A stretch of DNA of 55,601 nucleotides from a virus. Its lineage: Duplodnaviria > Caudoviricetes. Location of the stretch: positions 1-55,601 of IMG/VR virus record IMGVR_UViG_3300048591_000469; one strand, 5' to 3'. Made by a program: the position numbers and the translations under genes. Shown here in pieces: positions 49,001-55,601 of the stretch (positions are counted from its first letter, which is position 1; every line of letters starts with the position of its first letter). Under the pieces are notes generated by a model. That model did no database searches, had not been told where the DNA came from, and was given only the letters and a program-made list of their open reading frames with translations.

Positions 49001-49898
49001 AGGCGGACCCGGCAGCGGCAACTTCGGTCATAAGGGTCGCCCCGGGTTTCGGGGCGGCAGTGTTGCGGGCGGCGGGTTGGGCGCAATCGGCGTTGATCGC
49101 ACGGCAACGCCCGACGAGCGCCGCAACGCCGCAGCCGCATTCCGGCAGAAAGCGCCGGTGACGGTCCCGACCCAGGACCCGAAGCGGGCGAAACTACTCG
49201 CCTCGACGACCTTCGAAGCGTTCGGTTCCACCGACGCCGAGGTCGACACTGCATTGTCAAGCATTGGCTTGACCCGGGAGGATGTCACCTACATGATGGC
49301 GCTCGACGGGTTCAACGGCGAGGTCGCTTCTTTCTTGCAGGGCGGGAAGCTGTTCGTTGCGGGCGAATACACCCTGGAGAGCAATCCGAACGTGACGGCG
49401 ACTGTGATGCGTGGCTTTTACCAAGAAGGCGACGAATGGCACGTCGACCACATGAAATTCGGCATCGACGGCATCCATCACGGTCGGGGAACCGCCCAGG
49501 ACCTCTACGCCCGCCAGATCGAAACTTACAAAGCGGCGGGCATCGTCGCCGTTCACACCCATGCCGACATCGACGTCGGCAGGTACGCGTGGGCGAAGAT
49601 GGGCTTCGAATACGACGAAAGCGGCGGGAGCAACATCGCCCGCAAAACGAAGCAATTCGAGCATTGGGCGAAGAAGCTCGGCATCGACCCACCTGACGGC
49701 GGCTGGCCTACGTTCCAACGGCCCCATGATTTCGCAACCTACAAGCATCCCGACGGGCGCAAGGTCAACGCCAACGATATGGGCAACTGGCAGGGCAAAT
49801 TCCTCCCGGGCGATTACGACATCGGGAAGGCATTCATGCTCGACGACAACGGACACGGCGACTGGTACGGCGTTCTGCCGCTCAAGGGGCAACCATGA
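46032..49898 (+). CDS. Portal protein (HK97-type, ~aa 1-395) fused to zincin-protease and GNAT-like domains
   Basis: LLQNPNP, EVVHFR.FNP..RYIGL, MQFLESR portal motifs; HHEIGH plus NRAEGFSE; HGRGTA...GRYAWAKMGF. Confidence 0.9.
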   Translation: MTLIDRIAAMLGYTKAQRKPLPPTWMSQTADYLDTEPPADLEVHYDLYEKLSWLQVAIGRVADTAASAKFEVFKHSKEKESAIQAHDFEKLLQNPNPDTDRHQLMHGTFLYLSLGAAAWWLNRSGPDVPPDEIWLIPPHQLRAVPDERMSVRGYLYNPGDGREIPLEPWEVVHFRKFNPKSRYIGLPTARAVDQISQGDIAMQRWNRNLFAKDNAKLPGALAFSDPIDDVTWRTIKQDINDQHGGTKRSLMMLRNVGQGGVQWLNMALSQTEMQFLESRVANKEEIFALFAPGLASVLAVNATEANAVAGKRTFIEFGVWPTMTAVAERITSQILPSYGDDLVGRFEDIRVTDRALKLQEMNAYAMVHTVDEVRKEFYQAKPIGDYRGDLLLAEIPQGITPDPDAEEPAPPPQSPAQSPFDEQAPEDPSSPQEPQDTAIGPDAVGQDLDNPDAPPEDPQIEAKSAELRRYRRWVAKRIWKASFDPDAFESPFLTTADRQAVLAEAGWHTWPDHEFFDATKGGPGSGNWGHDGRRGQRGGSRPGGGLHLQRLDPASTVDERKQAFGVYRQFVPTLSSPERAAREAHVNRIVANSGTVGTQGQMRPFVGEAQTEMAKALMMHDSRVLEQVKQIRVAHNAAAWQAEAVAAGMKPASAPNVLGFTYAMKGQAGYGTIWLQSYGNSQRERMTLHHEIGHTVYGATTQQGRQDWIDFYNAGGNHHTAYSGTNRAEGFSESYAGWLWAKGTQAPDAVTRSNLSAVPSLAAYRDTFNSVANVIAAIPASTPTKAARITRADLFGDVKALTRTNLLAAHESTINVDWPKLSAAAQSQWQVRHEKSDLPGVPGDARVWFADVVVAHDAAWQGDGNGKSLFIEALAPWVAALETAQTALRGKGPLKAGFSNPLRVASARWESLPPDRRRQWVDGYDDLDWVGKPPHPVEGFADAVVAHRALDGASPDEMMDLEGFQPYRDLFGRLGTVLDPKPGQSAAPTKGGPGSGNFGHKGRPGFRGGSVAGGGLGAIGVDRTATPDERRNAAAAFRQKAPVTVPTQDPKRAKLLASTTFEAFGSTDAEVDTALSSIGLTREDVTYMMALDGFNGEVASFLQGGKLFVAGEYTLESNPNVTATVMRGFYQEGDEWHVDHMKFGIDGIHHGRGTAQDLYARQIETYKAAGIVAVHTHADIDVGRYAWAKMGFEYDESGGSNIARKTKQFEHWAKKLGIDPPDGGWPTFQRPHDFATYKHPDGRKVNANDMGNWQGKFLPGDYDIGKAFMLDDNGHGDWYGVLPLKGQP

Positions 49899-50737
49899 TC
49901 ATCGAAGCGGGACCGAAAGACCGCCCACCCGGGGACACCGACATCGAATTCTGGGGCGTCGGTCCCGGCGAGGACGGCATCCTCCCCTATTGGGAGATTT
50001 TCAACCTGCCCGCCCCGACCTGGGCGAAACCGCCGGTTAAGGGCGGACCCGGGTCAGGCAACTTCGGACATAGAGGTCGCCCTGGCTTTCGGGGCGGCAG
50101 CGTCGCGGGCGGGCGGGGCGGCGGGGCGGCGCTCAACGCCGAGCGAACGATTGGAACGCTGGTCAACGCCGCTCAGGGGCGCACCTTCGGCGACTTCGAC
50201 TTCGAGACGATTCCCGACGACTACACCGACTGGAACGCCAGCCTTAGCCCTGACGAGCGCAGCGCCATCACCTATTACGTCGGGGCGGGTTACGCCCTGA
50301 TCAACCGGCGCTTACGGGCGGAGGATACGTCTAACGCCAAAACCAATGACCGGGTCCGCTTGCTCGATGCGGCGCTTGCCCGCAGCGAAATACCCGCCGA
50401 CGGCATGCTCTATCGCGGCATCACAGGGCGACCCTTCCCCGAGGAACCCGGGGCGGTCTTTGCTGATCTCGGCTTTTCGTCGACGTCGGTCAACCCCGGC
50501 ATCGCCGACAACTTCAGCCAATCGGCCCGGGTCAACGACCCCAATAACGCCGGACCCGTCAAGGACTCCCAGGTCATGCGAATCAAGGTCATGAAGGGGC
50601 AACGGGGCGCATACGTGTCGAATTTAGGGATGGCGCTCGAGGACGAAATTCTCCTGCCGCGTGGGTCACTCTTCAAGGTCGAAGCGGTCACAAAAGATGC
50701 CAATCGAACCATCATAGACGTGATATACTTGGGGTAA
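49895..50737 (+). CDS. ADP-ribosyltransferase, R-S-E (VIP2/C3/Alt-like) class
   Basis: Y..INRRLR, LYRG, GFSSTS, EDEILLPRG. Confidence 0.9.
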   Translation: MIIEAGPKDRPPGDTDIEFWGVGPGEDGILPYWEIFNLPAPTWAKPPVKGGPGSGNFGHRGRPGFRGGSVAGGRGGGAALNAERTIGTLVNAAQGRTFGDFDFETIPDDYTDWNASLSPDERSAITYYVGAGYALINRRLRAEDTSNAKTNDRVRLLDAALARSEIPADGMLYRGITGRPFPEEPGAVFADLGFSSTSVNPGIADNFSQSARVNDPNNAGPVKDSQVMRIKVMKGQRGAYVSNLGMALEDEILLPRGSLFKVEAVTKDANRTIIDVIYLG

Positions 50738-50738
50738 T

Positions 50739-50921
50739 ATGAGCGACAAATTTTCAACCAACACCAGCGATCTAGTCTTTTTGCAGGACGATGCGGCCAT
50801 TGAGCGATTCCTCAAGGAACGAGGTCGCCCATTGACGTTGCCCGATTGGGCGCAACCCGTCGACCCCGCACCCACCGAACCCGACGCAGCTGAGGATGTC
50901 CCGGGAGGGCAACCGGCATGA
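50739..50921 (+). CDS. Small acidic protein after the ART gene
   Basis: 60 aa; starts 1 nt after the ART stop and overlaps the next start (ATGA). Confidence 0.6.
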   Translation: MSDKFSTNTSDLVFLQDDAAIERFLKERGRPLTLPDWAQPVDPAPTEPDAAEDVPGGQPA

Positions 50922-52537
50922 TCTTCGTGAATCCCTACACCGGCGAAGTGTACGAAGGGGAATTCCCCGCAACGGTTGAACTGCCCGAAGCCGAAGAAGG
51001 CGACAACGGGCTGATCGCAATGGTCCTGGCGACCTACGATGACGGCGATGTCGGCTACGCCGATGCCGTCGTGCGCTATATGTTCCTGCAAGGCTACGCC
51101 GCCCTCGAAGAGGACGATTTGTCCGACGAGGAACTGGCGGCGCTTGGGTTGGAACGGGACGAGGTCGACGACGTCGCCTTCGACGAGGACGAAGAGGGCG
51201 AGGACGAGGACGAAGAAGAGGACGAAGAGGACGAGGATTCTCAAACAAGACCGCCCGCCAAAGGCGGACCCGGGTCGGGCAACTGGGGACATCTGGGGCG
51301 ACGAGGCAACCGAGGCGGGTCCCGACCCGGCGGCGGACTGGCGCGCATCGGGACCGACCGGGCAGCGTCGCACAACCGGCGCGTCGAAGTCTCGTTCAGT
51401 TACCGCAACCGCCGCGCCGACGAGATGATCGCCGAGGGCGCAAACCCACCCGGCAACCGCATGCCGCGGGCGGGCAACTGGCATCCGACCACACCGAAGC
51501 CGCCCAAGCTCCCGGGGCAGGGCGGGCTACCAACGACGCCAAGACCGGGGACTGGTACGAATCGACCTCCCACCCCGCCAACGACGCCCACAGCCCCGCC
51601 CAAGCCGACGACGCCCAAGCCACCGGCCACACCCAAGCCACCGAAGCCGCCGGTCGCACCCAAGCCGCCCACACCGCCGCCCGCACCGCCGCCGCCGCCC
51701 AAGCGTCCCGGCCAAGATGCACCCGGCGAATTCGACGATCACTTCAAGAAATTTGGGAAGAGCGGCTACAAGCGGGACGGGCAAGAAATCGCCGACATCG
51801 TCGGGGCAAAAATCGACCCGAACGATGTTAACGGCTCGTACATGGCAGTTATACGGGGAGCGCAAGCATCCACTTCCCAGATGAAGGGCGTCGTCTCGCA
51901 AGACGACAACTTGGCGGTCATCATGGAGGCGCAGGGTTTTCATTCGAAGCCGAAGGTCGTCGACAAGGACGGCATGGACGAGATCATCCGGGACGGCGGC
52001 ATCGAGGTTTATCGTGGCGTTCGGGGCGGGTCCCTGCAGGGGACCGTCGACATGGTCCAAAGCTACGCCACCGGCGACCATTTCGTCGGGCAGGGCATTT
52101 ACGGCAACGGAACTTACACCGCCGAGGACTACTCGTTCGCGAAGGGTTACGCCAATCAGTACGCCAACGGCGTGATGCGTATCGCGCTCCACAAGGATGC
52201 GAAGGTCATCGACTACCCTGCCGCCAAAGCGGCAACCGATGCCCTCAGCCGCTCGAAAGCGAAGAAGACCGTTGCCGACCGTGCGGTCGTCGCCGACAAC
52301 GTCGGGCGATGGGCGGCGCTCAACGGCTACGATGCCATCCGGGTCAACGTGCAAGCCGAGAATTACGGCGGCGTCGGTCACTTCTTCGTCATCCTGAACC
52401 GGGGCGCAGTCGCTGTCCAGAACCCGAAGGACGGGGACGTCGCAGATCCGGGCTACCGACCGGCGGTCACGAATAAATACGTCCCGCAAAACACAATCCC
52501 AAACCCGAAGCCGCCCCTGCCAAAGGCGACCTCGTAA
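50918..52537 (+). CDS. Acidic leader, Gly-rich tag, Pro-rich linker and a second ART-like domain
   Basis: EVYRGV, GQGIYGNGTY......AKGYA, GYDAI, FVILNR resemble ART-fold strands; the terminal catalytic Glu is not evident. Confidence 0.7.
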   Translation: MIFVNPYTGEVYEGEFPATVELPEAEEGDNGLIAMVLATYDDGDVGYADAVVRYMFLQGYAALEEDDLSDEELAALGLERDEVDDVAFDEDEEGEDEDEEEDEEDEDSQTRPPAKGGPGSGNWGHLGRRGNRGGSRPGGGLARIGTDRAASHNRRVEVSFSYRNRRADEMIAEGANPPGNRMPRAGNWHPTTPKPPKLPGQGGLPTTPRPGTGTNRPPTPPTTPTAPPKPTTPKPPATPKPPKPPVAPKPPTPPPAPPPPPKRPGQDAPGEFDDHFKKFGKSGYKRDGQEIADIVGAKIDPNDVNGSYMAVIRGAQASTSQMKGVVSQDDNLAVIMEAQGFHSKPKVVDKDGMDEIIRDGGIEVYRGVRGGSLQGTVDMVQSYATGDHFVGQGIYGNGTYTAEDYSFAKGYANQYANGVMRIALHKDAKVIDYPAAKAATDALSRSKAKKTVADRAVVADNVGRWAALNGYDAIRVNVQAENYGGVGHFFVILNRGAVAVQNPKDGDVADPGYRPAVTNKYVPQNTIPNPKPPLPKATS

Positions 52538-52576
52538 ACGTCCAGGCGCACGAATCGCAAGCAAAGGAACAAGCAG

Positions 52577-52900
52577 ATGATTACACCCGACGACAGCCGG
52601 GAATTGGCTCGGATTTTCAACCTGATCGGCAACGGGCTGACCTCCGCCGACAAGGACGCGCTGCTCGACGCCGCCCTTGCCGCCGACTCCATCGCCAAGA
52701 TGCCCGCCCCGCTCAAGGCGAAGCTCGTAGCCGCCGCCCTGCGGGGCAAGACCCAAGAGGAATTCCTCGCCCTCGACGAAGCCGCCCAACGGGCGCTGCT
52801 TGGCCCGAGCGACGTCGGCGGTGACGGCGACGAAGAGGAGGACGAGGACGAGGACGAACCCGAACCCGTCGCCAAAACGGCCCGCCGCTACTATCCATGA
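52577..52900 (+). CDS. Small protein with acidic tail
   Basis: 107 aa; AAGGA SD; ends EEEDEDEDEPEPVAKT. Confidence 0.6.
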   Translation: MITPDDSRELARIFNLIGNGLTSADKDALLDAALAADSIAKMPAPLKAKLVAAALRGKTQEEFLALDEAAQRALLGPSDVGGDGDEEEDEDEDEPEPVAKTARRYYP

Positions 52901-54285
52901 TGTCCCTGCACCCCGACCCTGTCGGACGCAATGCTCCTTCCCTTGCTGGCGACCTGGCGGTTAAAACCCGCCAGGTCGTGCCACATCTGGACGGAAACGA
53001 CGTCGAACGGGAAGCCCTCGAAGCCCGTCATGCGACCGCCCTCGAGGGCGCTTTCCGCAAAATCATCCGGGCATTGGTCCCACCCGGCACGACCGCCGAG
53101 TCGCTGGCGGACCAGGGAGCCGTTGCGCGGACCTTTACGGCGTCCCTGCAGCCGCTCTATGACGCGTGCTACACCATGCTCCGGGACGCCGCCATGTTTG
53201 GCGCTTCGATTGGGCTGGAGCAGGTCGAAGCCCTGCAAATCGCCCCGGCGAAGGCGGACATTGTCATTGCCGACCTGACCGACTGGTCGATGGTCAACGA
53301 CGACGTCGTCGCATGGCTGACCAACCCGAACGCCAATTACACGCGCCAACTCGTCGAATCCATCGGCCAAAATTCGGCGAGCCAGGTCTACCGACTCGTC
53401 AATGCGTGGGTTCAGGACGGTCGCCCGTTGAACGCACTGGTCGCCGACCTGGAAACTATGCCCTTCTCGCCGCAGCGGGCGCGGCTGATCGCCACAACCG
53501 AAGTTACCCGGGCATTCGCCCAGGGCAAAAACATCGCTTGGCGCAGGACCGGCGTCGTCGAGCGCCGTCGCTGGCACACCGGCAACGACGAACTGGTCTG
53601 CGAGGTCTGTCAACGCCTTGACGGGCGGGAGGTTGGCTTGGACGAACCCTTCGATGACGTCGGGCGCATCATGTATCCGCCCGCACACCCGCGCTGCCGT
53701 TGCACCGTGCAACCCGTCATCCCGGTTTCGTCGCCGGTAAGCACCGACTACACGTCACCCGGCCTACGCGACCCGGTCATTACTTTTTCAAACCGTCGCA
53801 ACCAGGATGACGACCGCTTGAGTCTGAGCGGCATTCCCTTCCGTCAAGCTCCTGCTGCCGCATGGGGTAAAATCCCTGATCGGGCGTTGCCGTCCGAACC
53901 GTATGACCTGCCGCCCCTCACGCCGACCGCACGACGACGGGGCGTCGGCGTCCTCGTCGTGGAAGAGGACGGGCGGGTCTGGGTTGTAAAGACGGACGAT
54001 GATGACATGTACGAGATTCCGACCGTCGCCGTCCCGAAGGGGCTGACGTTGCAACAAACCGCCCTCTGGCACGCATACCAGGCAACGGGGTTGATCGTCG
54101 ATTTGGTCGACTACGTCGTCGACAGCCCGGTCGACGGCATCGTCACCCGCTACTATGTCGCCAAGCGCAGGGCGGGCGCTCCCTGGGGCGCACGCAGCAA
54201 GCGATGGGTTTCCCTGGCGACAACCCGTCACGCCGCCAGCTACGCCAACCGCATGGCGGACCGCAACATTCTGCGTCAATTCTAG
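52897..54285 (+). CDS. MuF/SPP1 gp7-like minor head protein with a C-terminal degenerate NUDIX-like domain
   Basis: RARLIATTE, W.T..DE.VC..C..LDG, PPAHPRCRC; C-terminal GVGVLVVEEDGRVWVV...P......TA......TGL. Confidence 0.85.
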   Translation: MMSLHPDPVGRNAPSLAGDLAVKTRQVVPHLDGNDVEREALEARHATALEGAFRKIIRALVPPGTTAESLADQGAVARTFTASLQPLYDACYTMLRDAAMFGASIGLEQVEALQIAPAKADIVIADLTDWSMVNDDVVAWLTNPNANYTRQLVESIGQNSASQVYRLVNAWVQDGRPLNALVADLETMPFSPQRARLIATTEVTRAFAQGKNIAWRRTGVVERRRWHTGNDELVCEVCQRLDGREVGLDEPFDDVGRIMYPPAHPRCRCTVQPVIPVSSPVSTDYTSPGLRDPVITFSNRRNQDDDRLSLSGIPFRQAPAAAWGKIPDRALPSEPYDLPPLTPTARRRGVGVLVVEEDGRVWVVKTDDDDMYEIPTVAVPKGLTLQQTALWHAYQATGLIVDLVDYVVDSPVDGIVTRYYVAKRRAGAPWGARSKRWVSLATTRHAASYANRMADRNILRQF

Positions 54286-54293
54286 GAGGTCCC

Positions 54294-54767
54294 ATGCCCA
54301 CCCTTCGCATCGAAGGCGTCGACCGGGTCGACAAGAAGCTCGGGCGCATCGCCGCCGGTCAATTCCTATCAATCCCGATGGAGCAATCCCTCGCCCTGCT
54401 CCAAGCCGACCTGACCCGTTACCCGCGCCGCAGCCAGAAGCCCGCCCACCTGCGCGGGCGTTTCGTCTCCGACCGCCAGCGGCGCTACGTCATGATGCTG
54501 GTCCGGCAGCGGGGCGTTCCCTACCGGCGCACCGTCTCGGCGGGTCTACAGGGCGCGTGGACTTACCGCATCACGCTCAACCCGGGCGGCGGGGTTCTAG
54601 GCGTCCTGGGCAATAACAAGGAATATGCGCGTTATGTGCAAGGCGACCAGGACCAGGCGCAGATTCACCGGGGAAATTGGCCCACCGACCGCCAGGTTTT
54701 CAACCATCGCGAGCGCCAGATCGTCGGCTTCTTCCGGCGGGCAATTCGAATGGCGCTTTCCGCTTGA
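54294..54767 (+). CDS. Virion morphogenesis/neck protein (HK97 gp10-like)
   Basis: LRIEGVDRV, YRRT..L..AW, GNNKEYARYVQG; AGGAGG SD. Confidence 0.7.
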   Translation: MPTLRIEGVDRVDKKLGRIAAGQFLSIPMEQSLALLQADLTRYPRRSQKPAHLRGRFVSDRQRRYVMMLVRQRGVPYRRTVSAGLQGAWTYRITLNPGGGVLGVLGNNKEYARYVQGDQDQAQIHRGNWPTDRQVFNHRERQIVGFFRRAIRMALSA

Positions 54768-54871
54768 CCCGGGGTTAATGCCCATGCTACAATCGACCTA
54801 ACACAGCCACATATTGAGGCGCAAAAGGCGCAAGGATTCCCGTCCTTGCGCCTTTTTTTTGTTCCCGGGGA
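54764..54871 (+). promoter_or_regulatory. Late promoter plus leader terminator (copy 2)
   Basis: TTGACC-18 nt-TACAAT with TGn; GGCGCAAGGA/TCCTTGCGCC stem followed by T8. Confidence 0.75.
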
Positions 54872-54878
54872 GAGAGCT

Positions 54879-55601
54879 ATGTTCCGTTCCATCATTGCAA
54901 TCAAGACCGCCAACGGCGAATGGACGCTCGACGTTCTCGGCAACCCCTATTTCGGCCCCAATAACGGGCGCGACGTCGACGGCGAGTATTTCAGCCCGTC
55001 GACCAAGTTTCACGAGGACAAATACCCGTTGCCGCCGGTCGTGTACTATCACGGATTCGGCGACGACAAGAAGCCCGTCGGCGAACCCGAATACATCGGT
55101 CGCACCGTGAAACGCTGGACAACCGAACAGGGAGTCTGGTATCGCGTCGTCCTCGATCAGGCGAGTAACCTCGCCCGCAAAGTTTGGAACGCCGCCCAAC
55201 AAGGCATCGCCCGGGCGTCGTCGGGTTCCAACCATCTCTCCCGGGTCGCCAAGACCGGCGAGATCGTGCATTGGCCCGTCACCGAACTTTCCCTCTTTGA
55301 GATGGCGGGCAAGAAACGCCCCGCCAATGGCTATGCCGTCGCCGTCCCGGTGACAGCAAAGGTCTGGAAAGCGGCGGGCTTGGACCTGCCGCTCGACTTC
55401 GTTTCTCAGCCGAAGGCAAAGCGTAAAGGCGCAGCAGCGCAGGACGCAAGCGAGGCTTTGAACCATACACCGATCACTTTTTCAACCGTAGGAGACAAAG
55501 CAATGAATCCCGAAGAGCTTCAACGCATGATCGCCGACGGCGTCGCTGCTGCGCTAAACCAACAGCGTGAGCAGGATGCCGCCGCCGCCGCCGCCCAAGC
55601 C
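54879..55601 (+). CDS. Putative prohead protease domain, in frame with the capsid (missing from the ORF track because it runs off the window end)
   Basis: My translation: MFRSIIAIKT...GRDVDGEYF...VVYYHG...GVW...ASSGS...WPVTELSL...PAN. No stop before ATG 55503 (equivalent to position 29), 208 codons downstream. Confidence 0.8.
   Translation, partial: MFRSIIAIKTANGEWTLDVLGNPYFGPNNGRDVDGEYFSPSTKFHEDKYPLPPVVYYHGFGDDKKPVGEPEYIGRTVKRWTTEQGVWYRVVLDQASNLARKVWNAAQQGIARASSGSNHLSRVAKTGEIVHWPVTELSLFEMAGKKRPANGYAVAVPVTAKVWKAAGLDLPLDFVSQPKAKRKGAAAQDASEALNHTPITFSTVGDKAMNPEELQRMIADGVAAALNQQREQDAAAAAAQA
55475..55601. repeat. Direct terminal repeat, right copy
   Basis: Identical to 1-127. Confidence 0.95.

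Noticed and set aside
51480-51710. Pro/Lys/Thr-rich tract as a DNA repeat element
   Set aside because: It is an in-frame low-complexity protein linker.
55475-55601. 127-bp terminal repeat as biological phage DTRs
   Set aside because: The length equals a common assembly k-mer and the repeat falls inside a gene, so it most likely reflects circular assembly.

Overview
The window is a complete, circularly assembled, high-GC temperate tailed-phage (siphovirus-type) genome of 55,474 unique bp. Bases 55475-55601 repeat bases 1-127, which is probably assembler overlap. Gene order: HK97-fold capsid (the C-terminal part of a protease-capsid ORF crossing the junction), neck and tail genes with a -1 frameshifted tail chaperone, tape measure, fibres, lysis cassette, a leftward early operon, an RHH-type regulator, a full tRNA-Arg(GCG) beside a tyrosine integrase, a symmetric origin-like non-coding region, a replication/repair module (ERCC4-like nuclease, Sak4-like ATPase, UvrD, Prim-Pol, DinG-like helicase, MazG, minimal PolX), a ParB-methyltransferase, terminase and an expanded head module. 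Four observations stand out. (1) The portal-to-MuF region carries a zincin protease, a GNAT, two different ADP-ribosyltransferase-like domains and a degenerate NUDIX domain. The first four each follow the same K|GGPGSGN(W/F)GH tag, which suggests capsid cargo released by the prohead protease. (2) An asymmetric ~20-bp motif (GTGCGGACCTTTnCGGCGAC) is dispersed 16 times, including inside genes. (3) The heptamer TTTTCAA occurs about 30 times on the + strand, and I found none on the - strand. (4) A conserved promoter-plus-terminator leader precedes both the portal and the protease-capsid genes. All family assignments come from motifs read by eye, and all counts are manual. No database searches were run.
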